Origin: Myxococcota bacterium
GTDB taxonomy: Bacteria > Myxococcota_A > UBA9160 > UBA6930
NCBI GenBank assembly: GCA_965223415.1
Contig: OZ245002.1
Coordinates: 544,001 to 608,000 of the forward strand
Direction: 5' to 3'
Length of the DNA: 64,000 nucleotides
The notes below the pieces were generated by a model. The model saw only the letters and a program-made list of their open reading frames with translations, was not told the origin of the DNA and searched no databases. Position numbers and translations under genes: made by a program. Numbering within the stretch: the first letter of the stretch is position 1; each line of letters starts with the position of its first letter. Positions 18,584 through 28,333 of the stretch are shown here, piece after piece.

Positions 18584-20795
18584 CGCGGGCTGCCACGGCG
18601 AAGCGGGCGCCGTCACCCCGGGCGGGCTCGACGCTTCCGATGCGGCGCGCGCCCTCGTCGCCGGCTGCGTGCAAGGCGGCCAGGGCCTCGTCGGCGTCAC
18701 CCGCGGGCACGGCGAGCAGCAAGCCCCCGGAGGTCTGGGGGTCGAAGAGCAGCTCCGCCTCGGGCCGTCCCTTGGCGCGCGCGTCCCACGCCAGGCCGCG
18801 CCGGCCTTCGGCGTTCTGCTCGTGGAAGCTGCTGCGCACACCGGCGGCCAGCAGCGCGGTCGCGCCGGGCAGCGCGGGCAGTGCGTCGACGTCGACCGTC
18901 GCCGCCTGCTTGCCCGCGTCGAGCATCTCGGCCAGGTGTCCCGCGAGGCCGAAGCCCGACACGTCGGTGGAGGAGCGGGCGAAGCGCAGCGCGACCTCGG
19001 CCGCCGCTGCGTTGGAGCGCACCATGTGGCGGAGCGCCGCCACGAGCCACGGGCCGCGGGCGCGGCCTTGCATGTCCGCGGCGAGGACCACGCCGGTGCC
19101 GAGTGGTGCGGTCAGGAGCAGCGCGTCGCCGGGCCGGGCCGTGGACAGGGGAAGCGGCCCCGGCCCGCTGGCATCGCCGGTGACCGACAGGGCCACGAAG
19201 AGCTCGGGCCCCTGGGTCGAGTGGCCGCCGACCAGGCTCACGCCCAGCGGATCGAGCGCGGCGCGCAGGCCCGACAGGACCTGGAAGAGGGTCTCCTCGG
19301 CCCGGTCCGCGTCCTCTTCGGGAACCGTCACCAGGGCGAGGGCGTGGCGGGGCGTGCCGCCCTTCGCCTGCACGTCGCTCACCGCGTTGACGGCCGCCAC
19401 CCGGCCGACCCACCACGGATCGTCGGTGAAGGCGCGGAAGCCGTCAACGGTGGCCAGCACCACGTCGCCGGCGGGCGTACGCAGGGCGGCCGCGTCGTCG
19501 GGTGCGTCGAGGCCGACCACCACCCGCTCGTCCGACGGGGCGGGCGCGAGGCGGGCCAGGGCCCTCGCAAGAGGGCTCGCGCCGACCTTCGCCGCGCATC
19601 CTCCGCAGGGCATGTCCTCCATTCCCATCTCCTCGGGCGTCGGGAACGGCGCCGCGGGCGCGCCCTCGGGACCGAGCACCTGGAAGCGCTCCATGAAGCG
19701 GCGATCGATGCGGTCCTTCCATCGCCACACCCAGGGGCCCGAGAAGGCGAAGCCCCACTTCCCGCCCAGGGCGCGCCCGCCCCCCAGGTTGAGGAGCGCG
19801 AGGAAATCGCGCTGGGGCCGGTGGGTGCGGAGCGGCCGGCCCTGCAGGGCCGCGCGCAGGTTCGCATCGAGGGTCGGGCCCGCGCGCACGGCGTGGACGC
19901 CCGCCTTCGGAACCCACGGGTGGTCGACGAAGGAGGCGCAGTCTCCGGCGGCGAAGAGCGCGTCCTCGCCTTCGACCCGGAGGTCCGACGTCACCCGAAG
20001 GAAGCCGGCCGCATCCTTCGGGAGGTGCGAGGCCGCGAGGAGCGGCACGGGCGCTGCTCCGGTGGCCCAGACCACGAGCTCCGCCGGGAGGACCTGGCCG
20101 TCCTCGAGTCGCACGCCGTCGGCCTGCACGGCGGAGACGCGAGCGCCGGTGCGCAGCTCGATACCACGAGCCACCGCCTCCTGCTCGGCACGTCGCCGCA
20201 GGCGAGCCGAGGAGCCCGGCAGCAGCGGATCGTCACTCAGGAGCTGGACCGCGGGCTCGAGCCCGGCGGCGCGGCAGCGCGCGTCCAGCGAGAAGGCCAG
20301 CTCGGTGCCCGCGGCGCCGCCACCGACGATCAGCACCCGCGGCCGGCCGACGGCGCGGAGGCGGCCCAGGACGGCGTCGACGCGGCCGACGAAGTCGGCG
20401 ATCGGGCGGGTGGCGAGGGCGTGCTCGCGGACACCGGGAAGATCGGCGCCCCGCACCGTGCTGCCCACGTCCAGGCTCGCCACGTCGTAGCGGATGGGCG
20501 CGCGGCCCTCGAGCGCGATGGAACGGGTGGCGGGGTCGATCCGCGTCGCCGCTGCGAGGATCACCCGGGCCCGGGCGCGCCGGGCCAGGGGGACGACGTC
20601 GATCTCCGCTTCGGCGGCGCCGTAGTCGCCGGCGACAACGCCGGGAACCATGCCGGAGTAGAGCGCGACCGGCCGGTCGAGCACGACGCTGAGCCGCACG
20701 TCGGGAAGCGGGTCCATCATCCAGCGACGCAGGACCTGGACGTGGGCGTGGCCGCCGCCGACCAGCATGAGGTCGGCACGGGGCGTAGCGTTCAT
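18576..20795 (-). CDS. selD: Selenide, water dikinase fused to an N-terminal FAD/NAD(P)-dependent oxidoreductase domain
   Basis: N-terminal LVGGGHAH, VGGGAAG, FAAGDC; SelD part CGGCAAKV, DDAA, NAVSDV, GGHS, TDVSGFGLAGH, DPQTSGGLL. Confidence 0.93.
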   Translation of the reverse strand: MNATPRADLMLVGGGHAHVQVLRRWMMDPLPDVRLSVVLDRPVALYSGMVPGVVAGDYGAAEAEIDVVPLARRARARVILAAATRIDPATRSIALEGRAPIRYDVASLDVGSTVRGADLPGVREHALATRPIADFVGRVDAVLGRLRAVGRPRVLIVGGGAAGTELAFSLDARCRAAGLEPAVQLLSDDPLLPGSSARLRRRAEQEAVARGIELRTGARVSAVQADGVRLEDGQVLPAELVVWATGAAPVPLLAASHLPKDAAGFLRVTSDLRVEGEDALFAAGDCASFVDHPWVPKAGVHAVRAGPTLDANLRAALQGRPLRTHRPQRDFLALLNLGGGRALGGKWGFAFSGPWVWRWKDRIDRRFMERFQVLGPEGAPAAPFPTPEEMGMEDMPCGGCAAKVGASPLARALARLAPAPSDERVVVGLDAPDDAAALRTPAGDVVLATVDGFRAFTDDPWWVGRVAAVNAVSDVQAKGGTPRHALALVTVPEEDADRAEETLFQVLSGLRAALDPLGVSLVGGHSTQGPELFVALSVTGDASGPGPLPLSTARPGDALLLTAPLGTGVVLAADMQGRARGPWLVAALRHMVRSNAAAAEVALRFARSSTDVSGFGLAGHLAEMLDAGKQAATVDVDALPALPGATALLAAGVRSSFHEQNAEGRRGLAWDARAKGRPEAELLFDPQTSGGLLLAVPAGDADEALAALHAAGDEGARRIGSVEPARGDGARFAVAARGG

Positions 20796-20896
20796 CGAAG
20801 GCGGCCGTCCTCGGGCATCGGGCAAGGGGTAGCGCATTGGACGCCCCGCGAGGGTCGAGTAGCCTGGGCGCCCCCCTTGGAGGAGCATTCGCGCCG

Positions 20897-22357
20897 ATGG
20901 ATCCCCGAACTCCGGTCCTTGTGGGTGCGGCTGCGGTGATGCAGCGGGAGGACGATCCCTCGCGCGCCCGAGAGCCCCTCGACCTGATGGAGCGGGCGAT
21001 CCGCGCCGCCGCCGACGATGCGGGCAGCGTCGCGCTGCTGGAGCGGGCCGGGTGGATCGGCACGCCGCGCGGGTTCTGGGACTACGCGGATCCGGGAAGA
21101 GCCCTCGCCGAGCGCGTCGGCGCGACGAGCGCCGGCTCGATGCTGGCGGAGATCGGCGTGCTGCAGACGACGCTCTTCGGGGCCGCGGGACGGGACATCG
21201 CCCGGGGCCGCGCCGACGTGTGCATCGTCACCGGGGGCGAGGCGAAGTACCGGAGCCTCCGGGCGCAGATCGGCGGCGGCGAGGCGGGGCTGTCGCCGGC
21301 TCCCGGCGTGCCCGACACCGTGCTGCGTCCCCAGGACGACATCATGCACCCGCTCGAGCTGCAGCACGGGCTCGCGATGCCGGTGAAGCAGTACGCGATG
21401 ATCGAGAACGCCCTGCGCATCGCCGAGGGGCAGCGCGTCGATGCGCACCGGGACGAGGTCGCGACGATCTGGGCGGGCATGAGCGAGGTCGCGGCAAAGA
21501 ACCCGGATGCCTGGGTGCGCGGCGCCCTCTCCCCCGCGGAGGTGCGCGGGGCGGGGGGGCGCAACCGGATGCTCGCCTTCCCCTACACCAAGCTCCACAA
21601 CTCCCAGTGGAATGTCGACCAGGCCGCGGCGTTGATCCTCTGCGCCGCCGAGACCGCCTCCGCCCTGGGCATCCCGGAGGAGCGCCAGGTGGTGCTGCGC
21701 GGCGTCGCAGACTCGAACTTCATGCTCCCGCTGTGCGAGCGCGAGGCGCTGCACCGCTCGGCGGGGTTCGCGGCGGCCGGTAGGGCCGTGCTGGAGAGTG
21801 CGGCCTTGTCGGCGGGCCAGATCGACCACCGGGAGCTCTACAGCTGCTTCCCCAGCGCCGTGCGGGTGCAGCAACGGGAGCTCGGTGTGCCGCGGGAGCT
21901 GCCGGTCACGGTCACCGGCGGCATGACCTTCGCCGGGGGTCCGCTGAACAACTTCGTGCTGCAGGCGGCGGTGAAGATGGCCCAGGTGCTGCGGGCCGAT
22001 CCGGGCTCCCTCGGAATGGTGAACGCCGTGAGCGGTATCCTCACCAAGCAAGGCGTGAGCCTGTGGTCCACAGCGGCGGGGCCGCCGTTCGTCTTCCACG
22101 ACGTGAGCGTCGAGGCCGAAGCCGGGACGCCGCGGGTGGAGCTCGTGGCGGGGGTCGACGCCGACGCGACGATCTGCACCTACACGGTCGAGTACGACGG
22201 CGATGCGCCGAGCCGCGGCGTCGCCCTGTGCGAGCTCGAGCCCGGCCGCCGCACCCTCGCCACCACCCCCGACCGGGAGCTGACTGCCGCCCTCACCACC
22301 ACCGACCTCGGCAGCCGCACCGTCCGCATCCACGCCGACGGAACCTTCACAACTTAA
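20897..22357 (+). CDS. Acetyl-CoA acetyltransferase (thiolase-like) family protein
   Basis: MDPRTPVLVG, NRMLAFPYTK, NVDQAAA, ELYSCFPSAV, TVTGGMTFAGGP; RBS AGGAG. Confidence 0.85.
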   Translation: MDPRTPVLVGAAAVMQREDDPSRAREPLDLMERAIRAAADDAGSVALLERAGWIGTPRGFWDYADPGRALAERVGATSAGSMLAEIGVLQTTLFGAAGRDIARGRADVCIVTGGEAKYRSLRAQIGGGEAGLSPAPGVPDTVLRPQDDIMHPLELQHGLAMPVKQYAMIENALRIAEGQRVDAHRDEVATIWAGMSEVAAKNPDAWVRGALSPAEVRGAGGRNRMLAFPYTKLHNSQWNVDQAAALILCAAETASALGIPEERQVVLRGVADSNFMLPLCEREALHRSAGFAAAGRAVLESAALSAGQIDHRELYSCFPSAVRVQQRELGVPRELPVTVTGGMTFAGGPLNNFVLQAAVKMAQVLRADPGSLGMVNAVSGILTKQGVSLWSTAAGPPFVFHDVSVEAEAGTPRVELVAGVDADATICTYTVEYDGDAPSRGVALCELEPGRRTLATTPDRELTAALTTTDLGSRTVRIHADGTFTT

Positions 22358-22384
22358 CAAACGGAACCGGCCCCTAACTTAACG
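22349..22384. repeat. AT-rich 36-bp intergenic repeat, type A copy 1
   Basis: ACAACTTAACAAACGGAACCGGCCCCTAACTTAACG; 34/36 identical to 57632-57667. Confidence 0.9.
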
Positions 22385-24283
22385 CGGGGTGTACCAGATG
22401 GGGGAGGTCCAGGCGCGTTCCTGGAGCTTGGGGCGGTGCTGGTCGGAGCAGCAGGGGGCGAGGGCGTCGGGGATGGACGCGGGGTCGGCGCAGTCGACGC
22501 CGGCGGCGTTGCAGACGTACTGGCTCCAGCGGCAGGTCGGATCTTCGAGCACGCGGGCGTAGTAGAAGGCGCCCTGGGCCGGGTCGAAATCGGGGTCGGT
22601 CCAGACGCTGCACAGGGTGTCGGAGCCGGCGCTGCCGGTGGGCTGGCAGGTGGCCAGGTCCACGTCGGCCCCGCCCTCCCCGCCCGCGACCAGCACCACC
22701 TTCTCGTGGGCCTCGTCGCCCTCCACCCATCCCTTGACGATCTGGATGCGCTCCAGGGGGCGCGCAGCGGAGGCGGCGTCGCGCATCGCCCAGACGGCCA
22801 GGGTCGGCGCGCCGGCGCCGTCAGGGCGCTCCGGAAGGTCGGCCCCCATCGGGACGCCGTCGGCGTAGCCCCGGGCCACGAAGTCCTCCCGCTCGCAGAG
22901 GTCGGCGGGATAGTCCCAGCCGCCGAAGAAGCGCACCTGCGGACGCGTCCCGCTGGTGGCGTAGGCCTCGCGGCGCTGCATCGCGGAGAAGAGCGCGTCG
23001 CGGCTGTTCTCCGCGGCCCAGAGCACCGCCAGGCCGCCGGGCCCGAACTCGAAATCGTCCGGGAAGCCGTAGGACGCCGCCTCGTGGGCGCCGATCCCGG
23101 CGCCCCCGTGACCGGGGTGACCTTCCTCTGCCACCTGGCCGGGCGCCGCGATGTGCGAATCGGTGCTGCCGATGAAGCCGAACTGGAAGGGGTTGGCACC
23201 GTGCCGGCGGGCGACGAGCAGGCCCTGCTTGAGTGCGTCCCGCGCGAAGTTGCTCGCGGCGGGCACCTGCTCCGAGACGAACATCGACATCTTCGCCCCG
23301 AAGCGGTCGTAGGGCAGCTTCTCGAAGCCGCAGGCCTCATCGTCGGTCCAGCCTGCGGCGATATCGCACTCGCTCTCGCCCTTGTGCTGCACCAGCTCGA
23401 CCAGGGGCTCCCAGCGCGAGCGCCGCCGCGCCTCGTCGACGCCGATCTCCATGCCTTCGTCCTCGGGCGAGGTGATGCCCGCGGACTGGAAGATCAGCCC
23501 GCCGGAGATGTTCGAGTTGTGGGGAATGGTGAGCGCATCGCAGCCCGGCTTCCCCTCCACGCACTCGGCCTGGAGCCGATCCCACAGATCGAGGGCCGAC
23601 GGTGTGTCCACCCAGCTGACCGGCATGTCCGGGACCTTCTCGTTGCGGAAGATCACGTTGCGGTGGAGGTTCTGACCCTCCCCCACCGTGCCCGTCCACT
23701 CGTAGCCGACGAAGCTGGTGAACGAGCAGGCCGCGGTTCGGTCGTAGGCTTCTTCCGCGGCGTCCCGGATCTCGCCCCAGACGATGCCGCGCTGCTCGGC
23801 GCAGCGGGCGCCGTCGTCCCCGCACAGGCCCCAGCGCGTCTTCGCGACCAGGGTTCGGCTCGCGATCAGGAGACGCGCGAGGGAGGGGAGGTTCCGGTGG
23901 GCGATGCAGGCCGGGTGCCAGTAGCCGTCCATCCCCTCGGTCATGCACACGCGCACCGTGCCGAGCAGCTCCGAGTGGTCGCTCAGCGCGGTCCAGTCGA
24001 GGGGCCGATCGAGCTGGATCGTCCGTGTCGCCTCCCCGCGCTCGTCGTAGGGCTGGATGCCCATCGGCTCGCCCCTGGCGAAGCGGTAGGCGTCCCGCGG
24101 CGTGTTGCGGGTGTCCTGGGTGCTGGCGTCGAAGGAGTAGGCGGTGTGCACGTGGGTGTCGCCGAAGAAGGGCCGGCGCAGCGGATCGTGCTGGGCGCAA
24201 GCCTCTCGGTGTTCCGTGCGCTCGAAGGCCGCGCCGGAAGTGGCGAGCAGCACGACCATGGAGGCGGCCATGATCCCGCGCAT
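22379..24283 (-). CDS. DUF3604 domain-containing protein (exported, PHP-like metallo-hydrolase)
   Basis: Signal peptide; FFGDTHVHTAYSFDA, SDHSE, GYEWT, NLHRNV, IPHNSN, GSTDSH, QERAWTSPIWY. Confidence 0.85.
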   Translation of the reverse strand: MRGIMAASMVVLLATSGAAFERTEHREACAQHDPLRRPFFGDTHVHTAYSFDASTQDTRNTPRDAYRFARGEPMGIQPYDERGEATRTIQLDRPLDWTALSDHSELLGTVRVCMTEGMDGYWHPACIAHRNLPSLARLLIASRTLVAKTRWGLCGDDGARCAEQRGIVWGEIRDAAEEAYDRTAACSFTSFVGYEWTGTVGEGQNLHRNVIFRNEKVPDMPVSWVDTPSALDLWDRLQAECVEGKPGCDALTIPHNSNISGGLIFQSAGITSPEDEGMEIGVDEARRRSRWEPLVELVQHKGESECDIAAGWTDDEACGFEKLPYDRFGAKMSMFVSEQVPAASNFARDALKQGLLVARRHGANPFQFGFIGSTDSHIAAPGQVAEEGHPGHGGAGIGAHEAASYGFPDDFEFGPGGLAVLWAAENSRDALFSAMQRREAYATSGTRPQVRFFGGWDYPADLCEREDFVARGYADGVPMGADLPERPDGAGAPTLAVWAMRDAASAARPLERIQIVKGWVEGDEAHEKVVLVAGGEGGADVDLATCQPTGSAGSDTLCSVWTDPDFDPAQGAFYYARVLEDPTCRWSQYVCNAAGVDCADPASIPDALAPCCSDQHRPKLQERAWTSPIWYTPR

Positions 24284-25329
24284 CAGGCGCCCTCGCGGAT
24301 CATCGTCACCGCGGCGTCGGCGAGCCCGTCCACCTGGGCGCGGAACGCATCCGTGTCGGCGCCGCTCCCCATCACGCCCTTCAGGTAGCGGGCGAGGACG
24401 CCCTCGACGATCGCCGCCAGGCGCCAGTACTGGAACGCCCGGTAGTAGCTCACCTGGGAGACGTCGCGGCCCGTCCGCTCGGTGTAGCGGGCGAGGAACT
24501 CGGCGCGGGTCGGAAAGCCGCCGCAGGCGGTGGGCGAGATCGCCGCGCCGCGGGCCGTCGGCCCCTCGTCCCCGGGCTCGGCCCAGTTGTTCATGATGTA
24601 GCCGACGTCGGCCATGGGATCGCCGAGGGTGCAGAGCTCCCAGTCGAGCACCGCCGCCACCTGCCCTTCGGCCCGGGAGAGCATGTTGCCGAGGCGGTAG
24701 TCGCCGTGGACGATTCCGGCGCCCACCTGCTCGGGCATCCGCGCCTCGAGGGCCAGGGCCACCTCCTCCATGGGCGGGAGCTCCCGGGTCTTCGTCTTCT
24801 CCCACTGGGTGCGCCAGCGCTTGATCTGGCGCGCCAGGTAGCTCTCCTTGCGCCCCAGGTCGCCGAGGCCGATCGCGTCGGGATCCAGGGCGTGGAGGTC
24901 CGTCAGCACCTCGATCACGTGCTCCCCGAGTCGCCGGCGGGCGGGCTCGTCCAGGATCTGCGCCGCCTGGCGCGCATCGGTGAGGACGTGCCCTTCGACG
25001 AAGGCCATCACGTAGAAGGGCGCGTCGTTGACGCTCTCGTCCTCGCAGAGGCCCAGGGCCGGAGGCACCGGCACCGACGTGGGGCCGACCGCCGAAATGA
25101 TCCTGTGCTCGCGGGTCATGTCGTGGGCGGTCGCGATGACGGCGCCGAGGGGCGGACGGCGCAGCACGTAGGCCCGCCCCGCAGCGTCCAGGACCTTGTA
25201 GGTGAGGTTCGAGTGGCCGCCGGTGATCAGCGAGAAGGAGAGCGGCGGCTTCACGTCGGGGACGTGGCTCTCGAACCAGGCGGTCACGTTCTCGGCGTGG
25301 ATGCCCTTCACGGGTTCCGGATCCGTCAT
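24283..25329 (-). CDS. Phosphotransferase (APH/ACAD10-11 N-terminal-like) family protein
   Basis: GGHSNLTY, VLRRPP, AHDMTRE, HGDYRLGN, VLDWELCTLGDP. Confidence 0.9.
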   Translation of the reverse strand: MTDPEPVKGIHAENVTAWFESHVPDVKPPLSFSLITGGHSNLTYKVLDAAGRAYVLRRPPLGAVIATAHDMTREHRIISAVGPTSVPVPPALGLCEDESVNDAPFYVMAFVEGHVLTDARQAAQILDEPARRRLGEHVIEVLTDLHALDPDAIGLGDLGRKESYLARQIKRWRTQWEKTKTRELPPMEEVALALEARMPEQVGAGIVHGDYRLGNMLSRAEGQVAAVLDWELCTLGDPMADVGYIMNNWAEPGDEGPTARGAAISPTACGGFPTRAEFLARYTERTGRDVSQVSYYRAFQYWRLAAIVEGVLARYLKGVMGSGADTDAFRAQVDGLADAAVTMIREGA

Positions 25330-25339
25330 GGCGCCGACG

Positions 25340-26323
25340 CTAGCTCGAAGGCTTCTCCCCCGCGAAGAACGCCCGCGGATTGTCCACCAGAAGCCGCTCG
25401 ATCTGGGCCTTGCTCGCCCCGCCCTCGCGAAGCTGCGGAACGATCCGCTCGAAGAAGTGGCTGGGGTTCCAGACCCGGGTCGCCTCCGCGTACATCTCCG
25501 GCGGGAAGGGCTGACCGCGCCAGCACCAAACCGAGTCGTGGGACACCACCACGTGCCCCTCGGCGCCGGCCTCGAGCAGCTTCAGCAGCGCGCCGACGCG
25601 CTCGGCATCCGGGTGGATCATCTCGATGCCGAAGCGGTCGAAGCCCAGGTAGGAGCCGCCGCGCACGAGCTTCATGTGATAGTCGTGGTCTGCCGTTCCG
25701 CAGGAATGCCCGATGATGATCCGGTGGGGCGGCACTCCGTTCTCGGTGAGGATGCGCTGCTGCTCATCGCCCATCGTCCCGGCGTCCGTGTGGGTCGTGA
25801 TCGGCGCGCCGGTCGCCACCGAAGCCTTCGCGGCCGCCGTGAGCACCTGCTCCTCGTACTCGGTCACCTTCCCCGGCCCGGTCGCGACCTTGATGATCCC
25901 GGCCCGCACCCCGGTCTCGCCGATGCCCTCGGTGAGCTCCTTCTCGAAGAGCTCCGCCATCATGTCGACGACCGGCCCGAAGTTCGAGCGGAAATGCCAG
26001 TACGGCACGCCGCCCTCGCTCTGCTTGTAGAGCCCGGTGGCGCAGATGATCTGGAAGCCGGTGCGCGACGCCATCTCCGCCATGAACTCGACGTCGCGCC
26101 CCAGATCCGCCGGACACGGGTCGAGCAGCGACACCACCCCGTGATCGCGGATCTCGGCGACGCGGTCGGTCACTGCCGCCCGCATCTCGTCCCGGCTCGG
26201 CCCGGGATGGATCGTGTCCGATTCCCAGCCCGGGTAGCCGATCAGCAGGTGCTCGTGCATGAGCGTCCGCCCCAGCTCCTCGGGTGAGATGGGGCCGGTG
26301 ACGGTCTGGATCTCCTGGGCCAT
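25340..26323 (-). CDS. Phosphotriesterase-related protein (lactonase-like)
   Basis: TLMHEHL, ICATGLY, GIIKVA, ITTHT, IIGH, FDRFG, SHD; metal ligands present. Confidence 0.9.
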   Translation of the reverse strand: MAQEIQTVTGPISPEELGRTLMHEHLLIGYPGWESDTIHPGPSRDEMRAAVTDRVAEIRDHGVVSLLDPCPADLGRDVEFMAEMASRTGFQIICATGLYKQSEGGVPYWHFRSNFGPVVDMMAELFEKELTEGIGETGVRAGIIKVATGPGKVTEYEEQVLTAAAKASVATGAPITTHTDAGTMGDEQQRILTENGVPPHRIIIGHSCGTADHDYHMKLVRGGSYLGFDRFGIEMIHPDAERVGALLKLLEAGAEGHVVVSHDSVWCWRGQPFPPEMYAEATRVWNPSHFFERIVPQLREGGASKAQIERLLVDNPRAFFAGEKPSS

Positions 26324-26340
26324 GGCGCTTCCTCCGCCGC

Positions 26341-28323
26341 TCAGGGTACCCCGGAACGCGGCGCCAGGTGCTCCTCGAAGAAGGCCGCCAGCCGGGTGTA
26401 GAAGCGGATGCGGTTGGACTCGAGGAGGAGACGATCGGTCTCGTTCTCGAACTCCAGGTGATCGACGACGGCGCCGGCTGCGCGGAGCGCGCGGGCCATG
26501 TCGCGAGAGTGGCGGGGGTGGACACGCGAGTCGTCCGCACCGTGGCCGAGCAGGACCGGCACCTGGACTTCGGCGACCCGCCGCAGCGGCGAGTGGTTGC
26601 GAAGGAACTCGCGGTCGTCCCTTCCCTCCCCGACCAGGGCGCCGTGCCATTCGTGCCGGAACTCGTACCACTGGTCGTCCCCTACGAGCGTTTCCAGGTC
26701 CGAGACCCCACCGAGGCTCGCTCCAGCGCGGTACTGATGCGGCGTCTTCACGAGGCCGAACAGGGCAACGTGGCCTCCGAAGCCCTCGCCAAAGATGCCT
26801 ACGCGATCCGGGTCCGCGACGCCGCGGTCGATCAGATGCCGGACGCCGTCCGTGACGTCGTCCTGGATGCGGCGACCCCACTCCCTGCGGCCCGCGTGGG
26901 CAAACACGCGTCCGAAGCCCTGCGATCCCCGATAGTTGACCTGGAGAACGGCGAACCCGCGGCTTGCGAGGAGCTGGACCACGGGGTCCCAACGGATCCA
27001 CTCGCGGCTCCAGGGATCCGCCCACGGGAACCCCTTGGGCCCGCCGTGGAGCACGACGACCAACGGAAGACCCGAGCTCCCGTGGCCCGTCGGGAGGGTC
27101 AGATAGGCCCGGATCGAGAGGCCGTCCGTCGCTTCGTAGTCGATCCGGCGCGTGGGAGAGAGGCGGTCGTCCGGCACGTCCGGCCAGGGTTCGGTAAGTG
27201 GCTCGAGCCGCCGTCGGGCCCGGTCGAACGTGTAGTACATCGGCGGTCGCGTGGGTCCCCCGACCCAAGCCAGCCACACCGCAGCGTCCGTGGTCACGTC
27301 GATCCAGAAGATTTCGACGTCCTCGTCACCGAACGCTCGGCGTACGGCCCGGTGGATCCGCCCGAACTCCTCATCGAGCGGCTCGATTCGGGCCCTGTCG
27401 CCGATGAAGCGCACACCCAGCAGCCGCTCCCGGCTCCGATCGAAGGCGAGCGATCCTGCATCCACCTCGGGATGGGAGAACAGGCGCCGGCCGATCTCGC
27501 CGGTCGAGATCGACATCTGGTGGACCGCCACCCGACCCTCGGTCGACCTCCCGACGAAGATGCGATCGGGGTCGCTGGACGAGAAACCGAGGAGGCGCAG
27601 TCCTTCCTCTTCGATCGCACGGTGCCGACCGATCTCGACGAAGTCCTCCTCGACCGAGCGGCGGACCCATAGGAAGGACTCCTGGTCTTCGCCCCCTCGG
27701 CCCGCGCGGACCCCTCCGGCCGCATCCACGAACCACTCGAAGATCGGTCGCTTCGCGACCTGGCGCATGGTGAGAGCGCCTGTCCGGACGTTCATGGCGC
27801 GGATACTCCGGTAGCGGGAATACGGGTCCCGGTACTGCATCAGCACGTGCTCGGGATCGTGCGGAAGCAGATGCACGACGCCGTCCTGGAGAAAGGCCTG
27901 CAGCTCCTCCTGTCCGTGGAGCGGCCAGCGCTTGCCGAGCCAGTCGAAGTCGCTGCCGTCGGCGTCGATTCCGAACAGCCGAGTGGAGCGGCTGCGCATG
28001 CCGACGGAGGCCAGATTGCGAGTCTCCGCACTCAACAGGAGACGCTCGCCGTTCGCCCATTCCAGCCAGCGGAACCGGTAGGCCGGGTCCGTGAGCTTCG
28101 CGATGGGCCGGAGCTTGCCGCCTGCAGCGTCCCGCACGAGCAGGAACTGGTCGTCCCCCTTCGAGTGCAGGAGCGCGACCTTCTTGCCATCCGGCGAGAA
28201 ACGCGGCGAGGAGAAGACCGGATTCGAGAACAGGGCCTCGACGGAGATCGGCTCGGGGCGCTCGGCCGCCGCTCCGGCGGCGAGGAGAATCAGGCTGAGC
28301 GCGGCGAGCGGGCGAACCAGCAC
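26341..28323 (-). CDS. S9 (prolyl oligopeptidase) family homologue, probably catalytically inactive
   Basis: Signal peptide, SPDG propeller repeat, LHGGP, QVNYRGSQGFG, HGADDSRV; the GxSxG site reads GEGFG and the EGHG site reads ETDR. Confidence 0.8.
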   Translation of the reverse strand: MLVRPLAALSLILLAAGAAAERPEPISVEALFSNPVFSSPRFSPDGKKVALLHSKGDDQFLLVRDAAGGKLRPIAKLTDPAYRFRWLEWANGERLLLSAETRNLASVGMRSRSTRLFGIDADGSDFDWLGKRWPLHGQEELQAFLQDGVVHLLPHDPEHVLMQYRDPYSRYRSIRAMNVRTGALTMRQVAKRPIFEWFVDAAGGVRAGRGGEDQESFLWVRRSVEEDFVEIGRHRAIEEEGLRLLGFSSSDPDRIFVGRSTEGRVAVHQMSISTGEIGRRLFSHPEVDAGSLAFDRSRERLLGVRFIGDRARIEPLDEEFGRIHRAVRRAFGDEDVEIFWIDVTTDAAVWLAWVGGPTRPPMYYTFDRARRRLEPLTEPWPDVPDDRLSPTRRIDYEATDGLSIRAYLTLPTGHGSSGLPLVVVLHGGPKGFPWADPWSREWIRWDPVVQLLASRGFAVLQVNYRGSQGFGRVFAHAGRREWGRRIQDDVTDGVRHLIDRGVADPDRVGIFGEGFGGHVALFGLVKTPHQYRAGASLGGVSDLETLVGDDQWYEFRHEWHGALVGEGRDDREFLRNHSPLRRVAEVQVPVLLGHGADDSRVHPRHSRDMARALRAAGAVVDHLEFENETDRLLLESNRIRFYTRLAAFFEEHLAPRSGVP

Positions 28324-28333
28324 CCCGCCGAAC

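Noticed and set aside
17988..20939. Long antisense or alternate-frame ORFs (e.g. 983 aa here, 10240..13131, 51711..54368)
   Set aside because: These are shadow ORFs typical of high-GC DNA. They are Arg/Pro/Gly-rich, have no motifs and overlap well-supported genes.
22349..22384. CRISPR repeat (36-bp length, partial symmetry)
   Set aside because: Copies are isolated and 17-18 kb apart, with no spacer array and no cas genes.
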